Of a DNA stretch of 64,000 nucleotides, positions 17,177-26,096 are shown in pieces. Source of the stretch: a virus (lineage: Duplodnaviria; Heunggongvirae; Uroviricota; Caudoviricetes); the IMG/VR virus record IMGVR_UViG_2802428818_000001, positions 52,564 to 116,563 of that record. One strand, written 5' to 3'. A program made the position numbers and the translations under genes. The notes under the pieces were generated by a model. It made no database searches. It saw nothing but the letters and a program-made list of their open reading frames with translations, and was not told where the DNA came from. Position 1 is the first letter of the stretch, and each line of letters starts with the position of its first letter.

Positions 17177-17526
17177 TTGGTCTCACCTTCTCCGATGCAG
17201 AGGCCGTGATCGATACACGGCCAGCCGCCCGCGCCAATAAAGATGCCTTGAATGCCGACCATTCCGCCCTTCGAATGGATGAACTCAGCATGATAGACGC
17301 GCTCTCCGCGTGGTCGATCGCCATCGCTCGTGGTGACCCTACAACTCCACCCTTCAAGGTCGAAGCCGCTCTCTGTCAGCCGGCCGGTAGCATATCGACT
17401 GATGCGATAGGCAAGACCAGGTGAAATCTCCTCATCGGTCGACAGAAGGGTGTCGGGAAGCTTTTGCCCCACCATGCTGAAACGCGGCTTGTCGCGCCGC
17501 AGAACTTCGGTTTTGATCACACCCAT
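17173..17526 (-). CDS. hypothetical protein
   Basis: 117 aa; ATGA coupling. Confidence 0.45.
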   Translation of the reverse strand: MGVIKTEVLRRDKPRFSMVGQKLPDTLLSTDEEISPGLAYRISRYATGRLTESGFDLEGWSCRVTTSDGDRPRGERVYHAEFIHSKGGMVGIQGIFIGAGGWPCIDHGLCIGEGETK

Positions 17527-18017
17527 TGCTCCTTATAGAGCTCGTTCATGCGCTCGTGGGTGAGGTTCTCCGTCACCTCGAGGCACAGCGGCACCTTGAA
17601 GTCGCGACTGCCGGCCTGATTGATCGACCGGCCGCACGGAACGCAATAATAGGAATAGGTGCCGCGGTTGTAGTAGATCGCCCTGCGACTGTTGCAGGCA
17701 CCTCGGTTGCACTCGCCATTGAAGACGCGGCCCTTGTATTCGTGGCCGTGGCTCTCGTAGCGGCCTGGATGCGAGGGTTGGATCTCGCCGATGGTTTCGC
17801 GCCGCTCAAGCTCGCCGCGGCTCAATTCGAGCGGGAAGACGACAATACCGTCACCGACCGCGAGTGCCTGCGCTTTCTGCTCCGGCGTCAGACCAGCGTA
17901 GAAGCCAACGGTCGGCCTGCGAATGAACGCCGCATGTGGCATGATGGTCAGCTCGCCGCGTTTGTAGCCGCTGTCACGGCGCTTGATCTTGCGTGAAAGA
18001 TTGCCAAGAGCTCCCAT
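17517..18017 (-). CDS. Cys/His-rich putative zinc-binding protein
   Basis: HGHEYKGRVFNGECNRGACNSRR...YYCVPCG cysteine cluster. Confidence 0.45.
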   Translation of the reverse strand: MGALGNLSRKIKRRDSGYKRGELTIMPHAAFIRRPTVGFYAGLTPEQKAQALAVGDGIVVFPLELSRGELERRETIGEIQPSHPGRYESHGHEYKGRVFNGECNRGACNSRRAIYYNRGTYSYYCVPCGRSINQAGSRDFKVPLCLEVTENLTHERMNELYKEQWV

Positions 18018-18433
18018 CAGGCAGCCCTCGCCATCGGCATATACGGCAGCATCGGATCGACGGCGCGCTTGAAGATCACGTCTTCCATGCAGAACACCTG
18101 GTGCCCGTAGGTCGGGAACTGCAAATAGCGGTAGCGGTGAACGCCGATCTCCTCGAGCTGGTAGCCACGGTCGATCAACTCGATCATATCGCTGTGGCTG
18201 AACCAGTTGGCGAGGCCGGGCAGAGTGTCGGTCGCACTGATCCAGGCCCGGCCGTCAGCCTTGAAGACCGGGTTCGGTGCCATAGGCAGCCCGGCAGCGA
18301 CGGCGTTCGACAAGGTGTGAATGAGGCCGGTCTCGCGACCCTCGGCGTCATACCAGAGCCCTTGCGAGCCCTCGGCGTAACCGACGCGGTAGAGCAGCGC
18401 CGGGAAGTTCAGATAACGGGTGCTGACGGTCAT
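18017..18433 (-). CDS. hypothetical protein
   Basis: trimmed to MTVSTRYLNFPALL...; N-terminal extension in track overlaps next gene. Confidence 0.5.
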   Translation of the reverse strand: MTVSTRYLNFPALLYRVGYAEGSQGLWYDAEGRETGLIHTLSNAVAAGLPMAPNPVFKADGRAWISATDTLPGLANWFSHSDMIELIDRGYQLEEIGVHRYRYLQFPTYGHQVFCMEDVIFKRAVDPMLPYMPMARAA

Positions 18434-18642
18434 CAGAAGTTCTCCGGCGTCGTGTTGTAGGTCGTCAATTCGGCGTTCCACCAGGCCTTCAACCAGGTGA
18501 GCGCCTCGCGGCTCGAGGACTCGCAAGCGATCCGCATTGCCTGCTCAGTCGTGTATCCGGCATAGGTCGGCTGACCCTGCTCATTGGTGCCGTTTAGGTC
18601 GATGATGACCGGCTCGATTTTCTTAGCTGCTGATCTGCGCAT
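18433..18642 (-). CDS. hypothetical small protein
   Basis: trimmed to MRRSAAKKIEPVII...; family B motif directly upstream. Confidence 0.45.
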   Translation of the reverse strand: MRRSAAKKIEPVIIDLNGTNEQGQPTYAGYTTEQAMRIACESSSREALTWLKAWWNAELTTYNTTPENF

Positions 18643-18652
18643 GTCTGCACCT

Positions 18653-18672
18653 CTCAATCAATGTTGACTTAT
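18653..18672 (-). promoter_or_regulatory. family B (plus-strand text CTCAATCAATGTTGACTTAT)
   Basis: abuts start of 18642 gene. Confidence 0.5.
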
Positions 18673-18709
18673 CAAATGTCGCACATTGCGACAAGGATAT
18701 CGGCTGGAT

Positions 18710-18967
18710 TTATGCGGCGGAAAACGTTCCCATACGGCGCGAACTGGCTTCACCGCGTGCGGCACGCCGGATCTGGGAGATCACATTGAGCTCGGCGCGC
18801 CGATCGCTGCCGTCGCCATCACCGCGGGTCTTCTTCGGGTGGATGCCGCACATGATGTCGTTGACGAAAATGCGGATATGTTTCTTGCCTTCTTCCAGGC
18901 GCCAGTCGTTGCCGAGCTCCTCGAGAGCAGCGCGGGTCTTCTTCGGTAGGCTATTGAATAGATTCAC
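18710..18967 (-). CDS. small basic protein, HicA-like (tentative)
   Basis: GTG start after GAGGAAAAC; GNDWRLEEGKKHIRI...GIHPKK pattern loosely like HicA. Confidence 0.4.
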   Translation of the reverse strand: MNLFNSLPKKTRAALEELGNDWRLEEGKKHIRIFVNDIMCGIHPKKTRGDGDGSDRRAELNVISQIRRAARGEASSRRMGTFSAA

Positions 18968-19042
18968 GTTTTCCTCTTCTCGTTGCTTACAGTTCAGTTA
19001 TCGCACGCGATCATTCGGAATGATCTCGGGTGCGTTCGGTAG

Positions 19043-19366
19043 TCAGAACCGCCCGTAGTTGGGGTGGTTCACGTATGGGCTGATCGGCGCCTCGGGCACG
19101 GGCGGCTGGTAGGTGCTTTTGTCGAACATGGCCCAGGTCTGCTCGAAGGAAGCCATGATCTCTTGATCCGTGGTGAACGGGATCACGCCTTCCGTGGTGC
19201 TGCCGGTGAGGCGATCAGTGATGCGCCATTTGAAGGACCGGCCGAGCAATACACCCGTCGCCGCAAAGCCTTCTTCGGTTTGAAGACACTGCCACTCTTC
19301 CTCCTCGACCAGGAACCCGATGTAGCGCTCGCCTTCCCGCTGATCGATGACCGCTTCCTGGAACAT
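19043..19366 (-). CDS. hypothetical protein with C-terminal SPYVNHPNYGRF tail
   Basis: 107 aa. Confidence 0.55.
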   Translation of the reverse strand: MFQEAVIDQREGERYIGFLVEEEEWQCLQTEEGFAATGVLLGRSFKWRITDRLTGSTTEGVIPFTTDQEIMASFEQTWAMFDKSTYQPPVPEAPISPYVNHPNYGRF

Positions 19367-19806
19367 CAGTAATCCTCGGCGTAGAAGATCGACAGGACGC
19401 GCCGCGTCACCTTGGGATCGGCCGGATTCTCCGACAGATTCTCCGTCGTCAGATGGTAGTAGTCGATCTTCCAGAAATACTTCTGCCCATCGATCTCGAA
19501 GGAGCCGAAGTCGTGCTCGCCGTGCGGATCGTCATTCGGATCGAAGGCCACGTAATCGCGGACCTGGACAGCAGCTCTGCGGATCTCGTCGGATTCGGCC
19601 TGGGCAAGCGCGCCCACTATGACGATCTGACCACCCTTGCCACTGCGGCGCAGCTTGTCATTCAACGCCCGGACGTCGGACGTCCATTCGTCCTGCTGGG
19701 CGACAACCCAGTCGTGATAGGAGAGCTTCAGCCCTTCCTTCTGAACCAGGTATTGCCAGTCCGCGTGCTTGAAGCGGTCATGCTCATTGGATGATGTCCA
19801 GCTCAT
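19366..19806 (-). CDS. hypothetical protein
   Basis: trimmed to MSWTSSNEHDRFKH...; ATGA coupling with the 19803..20033 gene. Confidence 0.55.
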   Translation of the reverse strand: MSWTSSNEHDRFKHADWQYLVQKEGLKLSYHDWVVAQQDEWTSDVRALNDKLRRSGKGGQIVIVGALAQAESDEIRRAAVQVRDYVAFDPNDDPHGEHDFGSFEIDGQKYFWKIDYYHLTTENLSENPADPKVTRRVLSIFYAEDY

Positions 19807-20033
19807 GCTGCGGCCTCGACTTGCTGGCGAACAAACTGGTCGATCGCCTGGGCGGCCGGAACGAAGGTCGCGGCGTATTCGGCGCAGTTGCAGTCGAGGC
19901 GCCGGCGTGGCTTCACGATGCTGAACGGCACGACGCTGATCTCGGTGATGTGGCCGCACTCGTCGCACTTGAGGAAGTGCTTGACGGGCTGCGCCTGAAC
20001 CGGTGGCTTCTTCTGCTTATGCTTCTTGGGCAA
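19803..20033 (-). CDS. small zinc-ribbon protein
   Basis: CDECGH...CNC pattern, 76 aa. Confidence 0.5.
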   Translation of the reverse strand: MPKKHKQKKPPVQAQPVKHFLKCDECGHITEISVVPFSIVKPRRRLDCNCAEYAATFVPAAQAIDQFVRQQVEAAA

Positions 20034-20574
20034 GGGAGAGCTCCTGCTTCTGGTTTTGAATCTGGTCCATCGTCAGCGACCACAGAACCTTGTCGCCGCG
20101 CAGCGCCAGGACGCGCATCACGTCCAGTTTCTCCTCGAGGAAGACGGGCGCGAAGCTCGGGCCGAGCTGGGCGATGTTCTTGATGTTGTCCTTGATGTCG
20201 GCGAGCTTCACGTCCTGGACGCGACCTGGCGCCAGCGCCAAGCGGTCGACATTCATCTTGTGGCGCGCCTTGCGATTGCCGGCGTCACGCTCGACGTTGG
20301 TGAGATAACCGACACCCTGCGCGATCTCTTCTCCGAAAAGGGTCCGGATGACCTCGAGCGTGACGCCGGTGTCCTCGACGGTATCGTGCAGCCAGGCCAT
20401 GCAGACCTGCTGCCAGGTGTGATCCGGGAGTGCCTGAATGATGCCGGCGACAGCGCGCGGATGAACAATGTAGGGCACGCCGGTGAACTTGCGCTTTTGG
20501 TCGACGGCATAGTGCGCTGCGGTCGCGAACGCCTCGGCACGAGCAATCATTTCCTCGCCATAAGTTGAATACAT
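20017..20574 (-). CDS. HD-domain (p)ppGpp hydrolase, small alarmone hydrolase type
   Basis: VHPRAV...AWLHDTVEDT matches the RelA/SpoT HD hydrolase signature; AGGAGAG SD; trimmed from 20017..20595. Confidence 0.7.
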   Translation of the reverse strand: MYSTYGEEMIARAEAFATAAHYAVDQKRKFTGVPYIVHPRAVAGIIQALPDHTWQQVCMAWLHDTVEDTGVTLEVIRTLFGEEIAQGVGYLTNVERDAGNRKARHKMNVDRLALAPGRVQDVKLADIKDNIKNIAQLGPSFAPVFLEEKLDVMRVLALRGDKVLWSLTMDQIQNQKQELSLAQEA

Positions 20575-20588
20575 TGCGTCTCTCCTGA

Positions 20589-20610
20589 CAATCAATCAAT
20601 GTTTACTTAT
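20589..20610 (-). promoter_or_regulatory. family B (CAATCAATCAATGTTTACTTAT)
   Basis: sense form AAGTAAACATTGATTGATTG directly 5' of AGGAGAG SD of HD hydrolase gene. Confidence 0.55.
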
Positions 20611-20648
20611 CGCATGACGCGAGACGGATTGCGGGTGGAAGCTTGTGG

Positions 20649-21170
20649 CTAGAAGCGGCCGAAGAGAGGATTGGCTGCGCGCATCATATCCTGAACCTTC
20701 TTGACGGCGATCTCGTGCAGGTGTTGGGCGCGCTGCTTGGCAAACATGAGACCTTGGATCTCCTCGCGGATGCAGAACTCGCCGCGGATCTCATACTTGA
20801 TGATACGACCGGCCTTGGGGTTCGGATTGCGCGGATCGCGCCTGTCCGTCTCCTTGCGCCAGATCTCGATGCGGCTGCCCGGCCATTTCGGATCATCGAT
20901 CACCTCTTCCAGATCGGGACGCACTTTTGGCGACAGAACCGACTTCAGCTCGTCGGCGACCACATAGTCGTATTCGTCGACCCATATCTGGGTGATCTCC
21001 TTGCCCCGCGCCTGACTCGTCACGGTATTGGTATAGGCAGACTTGCCGCGGCGCTGACTTGAGCTGAGGACGCCCTTGCGACTACGATAAGCGTTAATCA
21101 TCGGCTGGATCGAGGCAAGCATCTGCTTCTGGTAGTCGGTGAGCTCGGGCAGGGCGGTCGGTATCGGCAT
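20649..21170 (-). CDS. hypothetical protein with C-terminal ANPLFGRF tail
   Basis: trimmed to MPIPTALPELT...; CAACAACGGAGACAGAC ATG. Confidence 0.55.
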   Translation of the reverse strand: MPIPTALPELTDYQKQMLASIQPMINAYRSRKGVLSSSQRRGKSAYTNTVTSQARGKEITQIWVDEYDYVVADELKSVLSPKVRPDLEEVIDDPKWPGSRIEIWRKETDRRDPRNPNPKAGRIIKYEIRGEFCIREEIQGLMFAKQRAQHLHEIAVKKVQDMMRAANPLFGRF

Positions 21171-21217
21171 GTCTGTCTCCGTTGTTGATTTGCTGATAGC
21201 GCGGCGCTCGGCGATGG

Positions 21218-21240
21218 TCAATCAATTTTTACTGACTGAC
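21218..21240 (-). promoter_or_regulatory. family B (TCAATCAATTTTTACTGACTGAC)
   Basis: upstream of 21170 gene. Confidence 0.5.
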
Positions 21241-21253
21241 AACGCCAAATAAA

Positions 21254-21502
21254 TTAGGCAGCCTTTGCCGCCTGCTGTGCCTCGACCCAAACATTGAAGC
21301 TGGCGTCACTCTCGGTATCGGTGCTTTTCAGCGCAGCACCGATGGAGCGCATTAGCGCGCTCCGCTGGTCCTCGGGGTAGTCAGCGAGCGCCTTGACCGG
21401 ACATTCCTCGGCGTCGGGGTTGAGCGCGAAGAACTGCCTCGTCATCGTGGTGAGAAACGCGTTGCAAGCGAACTCGAGGCGTTTACGATTGATTTTTTGC
21501 AC
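21254..21502 (-). CDS. hypothetical protein
   Basis: 82 aa. Confidence 0.45.
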   Translation of the reverse strand: MQKINRKRLEFACNAFLTTMTRQFFALNPDAEECPVKALADYPEDQRSALMRSIGAALKSTDTESDASFNVWVEAQQAAKAA

Positions 21503-21896
21503 GGAAGCCGGCCTTTGTCATGATGAAGTTGATGCTCGCCCGGCTCCATTTGGCTGACCGGACAGGCGTGATGCCACTATTGTCCAGCACAGTCTTGATC
21601 TCCGCAAGCGAAGCCGACGGGTCTTCATCCAAAACCTTTTGGATAATAGGCACGACTCGCTCGTAGCGCTCCTCGGCTGCGGCCTTGGCTGCGACCGCTG
21701 CGGCAGCCGTTGCGACCTTGGTGCGCTCGGCTGCCGTCATGCGCCGGTTAACCAGGCGCTTACCTGGAACGATCTCCTCGATCATGTCCGGCGTTTCCTT
21801 TAGGCACTTCCGGATAAGCGCCAGAATCCGATCACCATCACGCTCATGGTGCGGGATCGCATTGATATGATCTGCGAGTGCGTATTTTCTATCCAT
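21483..21896 (-). CDS. putative HTH DNA-binding protein
   Basis: C-terminal IKTVLDNSGITPVRSAKWSRASINFIM helix-turn-helix-like segment. Confidence 0.4.
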   Translation of the reverse strand: MDRKYALADHINAIPHHERDGDRILALIRKCLKETPDMIEEIVPGKRLVNRRMTAAERTKVATAAAAVAAKAAAEERYERVVPIIQKVLDEDPSASLAEIKTVLDNSGITPVRSAKWSRASINFIMTKAGFRAKNQS

Positions 21897-22212
21897 TGGC
21901 GTTCGCGGCCTGAATTTCAGCCACCCCTTGATTGACAGCATAGCCGAGGATGGTCTGCTGAAGCTCCGGGGAGTGCGCCACGATCGAAAGCACCATGAGC
22001 AACTGCCCGTTCAGAAGCGCCTGTCTATCCTCGTTGGACACTGAGCTATGCGCCTGATGCAATGCAGCCATGCACATACCTTGTTGAAAAAGTTCCACCT
22101 GACCATCCTTGCGAATGACCAACCCACAGTCGCCATCAGACAGGGCAAATGCCCGGCGCGTGGGCTCCGGATCGATCGCGGCAACCATAACTCCAAGCGC
22201 GTTCGTGATCAT
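21889..22212 (-). CDS. hypothetical protein
   Basis: 107 aa. Confidence 0.45.
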   Translation of the reverse strand: MITNALGVMVAAIDPEPTRRAFALSDGDCGLVIRKDGQVELFQQGMCMAALHQAHSSVSNEDRQALLNGQLLMVLSIVAHSPELQQTILGYAVNQGVAEIQAANANG

Positions 22213-22475
22213 TGGCGTCCTTTCTATTGCAATTTTTTAGGCATGTGTAACCTAAATGTTGTTTAGTCTCTTTGTTAAAATAGTCTGTTAGACATCGGGT
22301 TGCGCAAGTTTTTTTACGGCTCATCTTGCGGGAGATATAAGCGTCAGCTATTTGAGGCGAGCGACTGGGGGACCCTCTCGCACCATCCACACACATGAAT
22401 CCGGGTTGCCACAAGCCCCCGCATCGGTTAGGAATGTAATCCTAATCGCAACTGATAGTGAAAGAAGGAATATCG

Positions 22476-22706
22476 ATGAACCGGCGAGTCTTCGACAATA
22501 CTCTTACCCTTTTGAAGGCTTCTCTCCTCGAAACCGCGACAAAGCTCCTCGAGGAGCAAGGAATGACGTTCGACATCGCCGGCTACCAAGCCCAGGCATC
22601 GTTCGATCTGGATGATGTTGCACGAGAAATGCTGTTTTTCGGCGCAAAACTCTACCCTGCGCCTACGCCTACTTTGGTCCTCGGATCACTCGAAATCGCT
22701 GCCTAA
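22476..22706 (+). CDS. hypothetical protein (low-GC island)
   Basis: AAGGAAT SD; trimmed from 22458..22706. Confidence 0.45.
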   Translation: MNRRVFDNTLTLLKASLLETATKLLEEQGMTFDIAGYQAQASFDLDDVAREMLFFGAKLYPAPTPTLVLGSLEIAA

Positions 22707-22730
22707 CGCGCACCGCAATGAACGGGGCGC

Positions 22731-23015
22731 CTAATGCGCGCCCCTGCTTTTCCAGTCATGGTTGAGCTTTTCCATCCCCTTCCGCGCAAGTTCGCCCACG
22801 AAGTTAGGATGCTTTTCCCAAAACGTCAGCTTTCGCTCACAGACGACCAGCTCTTTCTCCGCCTGCCATCGCTCTATCTGCGTGCCGTGCTTCGCAAAGA
22901 AGCATAGTATTAGTTTATTCTCATAATGCTTTAGATACTGTTTCGTGCCGTCCATCCGGTTAATCGAAATATTACTAAAACCGCCGCGGACGCTCTCATC
23001 GTATATCAGTGCCAT
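22731..23015 (-). CDS. hypothetical protein (low-GC island)
   Basis: AT-rich codon usage unlike neighbours; trimmed to MALIYDESVRGG... Confidence 0.45.
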   Translation of the reverse strand: MALIYDESVRGGFSNISINRMDGTKQYLKHYENKLILCFFAKHGTQIERWQAEKELVVCERKLTFWEKHPNFVGELARKGMEKLNHDWKSRGAH

Positions 23016-23149
23016 TTTTGCTCTCTCCGTAGTATAACGAGAGAACTTTCGCACAGTTAGACAAGGCATAACATTGGATCATTCTGGCACGGGCGCCATG
23101 GGATCGGTAAATAAAAACTTAATTATCAGAGCCCACTTTAAACGAGAGA

Positions 23150-23174
23150 AGGCGGCGTATGGGACGCGCCGCCT
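23150..23174 (-). terminator. putative terminator hairpin after rtcB
   Basis: AGGCGGCG-N9-CGCCGCCT; weak T tract. Confidence 0.35.
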
Positions 23175-23293
23175 AACCTGTCTAAGACCGTGGAAACTAC
23201 TCGCTCAGGTTAGTCGCGCCTGACTTAAATCAATCGGAGCGCGACCAGATGCAAATAGCTAGCACGCTATTCACTTTTTTGTGATCAGCGCAC

Positions 23294-24754
23294 CTATGCA
23301 GCCGCTTCAGTGGTCCTGGGCTTTTTCTTCGAGCGCTGCCACTTCATTTCGCCGGCCATGATCGAGCCGAGCGGAAGGATGCGATCGACGACATTGGCAA
23401 GACCGTGCTTCTGGATCTGCGCCTGCACCTGGTCAGCGTTCTTGTAGGCCGACGGAAACTCGGACGGATCTGCAAAGCCGGAATAGAAGCGAACGTCGAG
23501 CCCGGCCGTCTCCTTGATCATCTGCTGCGCCGTGTCGCGTGGGCTAAGCCCACGGTCGTCAGAGCCATATGCAGCAGCCAACCGCCTCAGGTGAGCCGTG
23601 CGTGACAGATTGCGGCCAGCACCGTGCGGCGCAAAGCCAAGGGCGTCTTCGTTGTTGACGTGCTCCGTCACCAGGATCGGCTGCGCCATGTTGAGCGGAA
23701 TCAGCGTCACGCCGCGATCGTCGGGTGCAAAGCCTTTGAAGGACGGCGTTGCGCCTTTGGCGTGGTAGAAGAGCCCGTCCTCGCGCTTGAAGACGAAATT
23801 GTGCTCATTCCACACCTGATCGACGATGGCATTGCCGAGATAGCCGGCGATCAGATGGTGCAGGGCGAAGTGATTGAGCTTTGTCCACAGGCGAACGGTC
23901 TGAAGCGCATCCCAATATGCCAGGCCGTCTTCGCTGTTGGCGTCGATCCAGGCGTTGTGCAGCGGGACTCGCGGCGCGACGATGCGCGTGTGCTTCTCTG
24001 CGACACGCTTGCCACGCTTGTAGAGCTGCGCGCCAAGGCCACGCGAGCCGAAGTGCGTCACGAGCGCCAGCTCGCCGGTGCTTTCCTTTTCGCCGACAAA
24101 CAGGAAGTGGTTGCCGTCGCCGGCCGTGATGAAGTGCTCAATGGCGATATCCTCGAGGCCCTTCAGGAACGGATTGGCAGGGAAGCGCTGCAGAACAGTC
24201 TTCAGCAGCGGCGTGAAGTTCGACGGCACTTCCTTGTCGTGCGGCCGGCCGCCTGGCCCGAAGTGCGCTGCTTTCATCGCAGCGTTCAGCACCTTGGCGA
24301 CGTCATCCTTACGCTTGAAGATCGACATCGCCACAGAGCAGCAGATATCCGCGGAATGGAAGCCCGGATGGATCGCAGCCTTGGTCGCCACGACGCCACC
24401 GACAGGAATGGTGCCCATCTGGGTGCCGGAGGGGCAGGCGTCGGGCATGACAGCGCCACGCTCGATCGTCGGCACGCGCAGCAGCGCATCCATGTGCGCG
24501 ATGACTGATGCGACATTGAGGATCTCGTCTTCGGTCTCCGGCTCGATGAAGCGGCCGAACGGAATGGAGTTCGTGCGCAGCGGCACTGCATCAACGACGC
24601 TCGGCATGACGCGCAGCGTGAAGAGGTGATCGATGATCTGGCGATCGGTCTTGCCTTCAGAGCGCATCTGATTGGCGAGCGGGATAGCGTCCTTGAACCA
24701 GGCGCCAGGCTCGAGGCCCCAGGCCGTCAGGGTTTTGCCAGAGATATTGCTCAC
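23294..24754 (-). CDS. rtcB: RtcB-family RNA 3'-phosphate/5'-OH ligase
   Basis: 486 aa after trimming to GTG with GAGAAAGGAAAC SD; RtcB metal-site residues in the CPSGTQMGT-type context. Confidence 0.85.
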   Translation of the reverse strand: MSNISGKTLTAWGLEPGAWFKDAIPLANQMRSEGKTDRQIIDHLFTLRVMPSVVDAVPLRTNSIPFGRFIEPETEDEILNVASVIAHMDALLRVPTIERGAVMPDACPSGTQMGTIPVGGVVATKAAIHPGFHSADICCSVAMSIFKRKDDVAKVLNAAMKAAHFGPGGRPHDKEVPSNFTPLLKTVLQRFPANPFLKGLEDIAIEHFITAGDGNHFLFVGEKESTGELALVTHFGSRGLGAQLYKRGKRVAEKHTRIVAPRVPLHNAWIDANSEDGLAYWDALQTVRLWTKLNHFALHHLIAGYLGNAIVDQVWNEHNFVFKREDGLFYHAKGATPSFKGFAPDDRGVTLIPLNMAQPILVTEHVNNEDALGFAPHGAGRNLSRTAHLRRLAAAYGSDDRGLSPRDTAQQMIKETAGLDVRFYSGFADPSEFPSAYKNADQVQAQIQKHGLANVVDRILPLGSIMAGEMKWQRSKKKPRTTEAAA

Positions 24755-24881
24755 TTCTTGTTTCCTTTCTCTTGCGCCATAGCGCGCTGAATATTGGCGA
24801 GCACCAGCTTGCGGTGATCGTAAAAGTCGTCGGTGTGGGTGCGAACGCGGCCGAGCTTCGGGTCGTATTGGCCGACTGCCA

Positions 24882-25349
24882 TCAGTCAGCCTCATCCCAG
24901 GTCTCGGCGAAGCGGCAGTTCGCCGGCATGTCAGCGAACATCGGCTTGATCTGCTCACGCTTGTAGCCGGCGAGGCCGCAGCCGATCGGCGTCACGTAGA
25001 AGGTCCAGCGCGAGTGCTTACGGGCAAAGGCGATGAAGTCCATAACCGACTTCTCGATCTCGACCAGGCCGCGTGTGCGCAGCCATTCATCCTTGGTCGG
25101 GATGCCGTAGGACGTGCCTTGCAGCCCGACACCCTGGCCGCGAATTGCTCCGCGCTGACGGAGGGCGTAACGAGCGGCGCCGGCGCCATGAATGCCGGCC
25201 AGGTTTGAGCCAAAGACAAAGACGTCATTCGTGCGCGCGCCGGTCGTGGCGTTGACGCGCTCAAAGGTGACATCATCGATCCAGAAATTGTCGGGATCGC
25301 TCGGGTCGGGCGTGCCTGACCAGTGGTTCGCGTCGTCCGTGTCAGTCAT
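24882..25349 (-). CDS. Rossmann-like (SLOG/DprA-like?) protein
   Basis: VFVFGSNLAGIHGAGAARYA...GQGVGLQG glycine-rich Rossmann signature; trimmed to MTDTDDANH... Confidence 0.4.
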   Translation of the reverse strand: MTDTDDANHWSGTPDPSDPDNFWIDDVTFERVNATTGARTNDVFVFGSNLAGIHGAGAARYALRQRGAIRGQGVGLQGTSYGIPTKDEWLRTRGLVEIEKSVMDFIAFARKHSRWTFYVTPIGCGLAGYKREQIKPMFADMPANCRFAETWDEAD

Positions 25350-25656
25350 CGGATCTTCCTTCCTCTTCTGCTTTGTCGGCGCAGTCCGGGCAGCGCCCGT
25401 TGTAACCGTCGCCACCATCCTCATAGTGCTCGCCGCAGTCACGGCAGGCGTCTTCGTCAGGCTCAGCCAGCTCGGTCTCCTCTTCGAAGATCTCCGGCTT
25501 GTCGAACTCGCGAACCTCGCCGGTCTTCGACCAGATACCGCTCGCGTAACGGTCGGCTTGCGCGAACTCATTCGCCTGCTCAACCGTGTCGGCCTCGATG
25601 ATCGCCTCGTAGACGACGTAGGCGTCGTGACCTTTGAGAATCTTGAATTTCGGCAT
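25342..25656 (-). CDS. acidic zinc-ribbon protein
   Basis: trimmed to MPKFKILKGH...; CRDCGEH...CPDC; GGAGTAAGCGAA ATG. Confidence 0.5.
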   Translation of the reverse strand: MPKFKILKGHDAYVVYEAIIEADTVEQANEFAQADRYASGIWSKTGEVREFDKPEIFEEETELAEPDEDACRDCGEHYEDGGDGYNGRCPDCADKAEEEGRSDD

Positions 25657-25720
25657 TTCGCTTACTCCTGCCGTGCGAAAGCAGCGCGCCAGGAACGCGC
25701 CGCTTGATCGCGATGGGTGA

Positions 25721-25984
25721 TTACATTCCGCCGACGCCGAATCCGCCGATACCGCCCGACTGAACACCGACGGTCGGATCGGAGAAGCCGCGGAAACCAA
25801 CGACCGGAATGTCACAGCGGCGATCGAACTTACCGACCGGCGCGGTGCGCACGCAGTCCGTGGCCGACTTATACGGATGGCCGGCGATCTGGTATTCGCC
25901 GCTCCTCACAACTTTGTAGTCCGCGGCATTCGCGCACGACGAGACAGCGACAGCCAGTGCTGCCAAGAGAACAATCTTCTTCAC
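25721..25984 (-). CDS. lipoprotein
   Basis: GTG start; VKKIVLLAALAVAVSSC signal with lipobox. Confidence 0.5.
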   Translation of the reverse strand: MKKIVLLAALAVAVSSCANAADYKVVRSGEYQIAGHPYKSATDCVRTAPVGKFDRRCDIPVVGFRGFSDPTVGVQSGGIGGFGVGGM

Positions 25985-26032
25985 GGATTTCCTTCCTTTC
26001 CTATGCGAGCGCCTTATGGGATGCGCCGCGGA

Positions 26033-26053
26033 GTAAGTCAATAATGATTGACC
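26033..26053 (-). promoter_or_regulatory. family B (GTAAGTCAATAATGATTGACC)
   Basis: upstream of lipoprotein gene 25984. Confidence 0.5.
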
Positions 26054-26096
26054 GACGGAGACAAATTATCCTCGTCGGTCGGCGGGCGCTTGGGAG

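Noticed and set aside
23624-24508. 294-aa plus-strand ORF
   Set aside because: Antisense to rtcB, which has clear catalytic motifs. Artefact.
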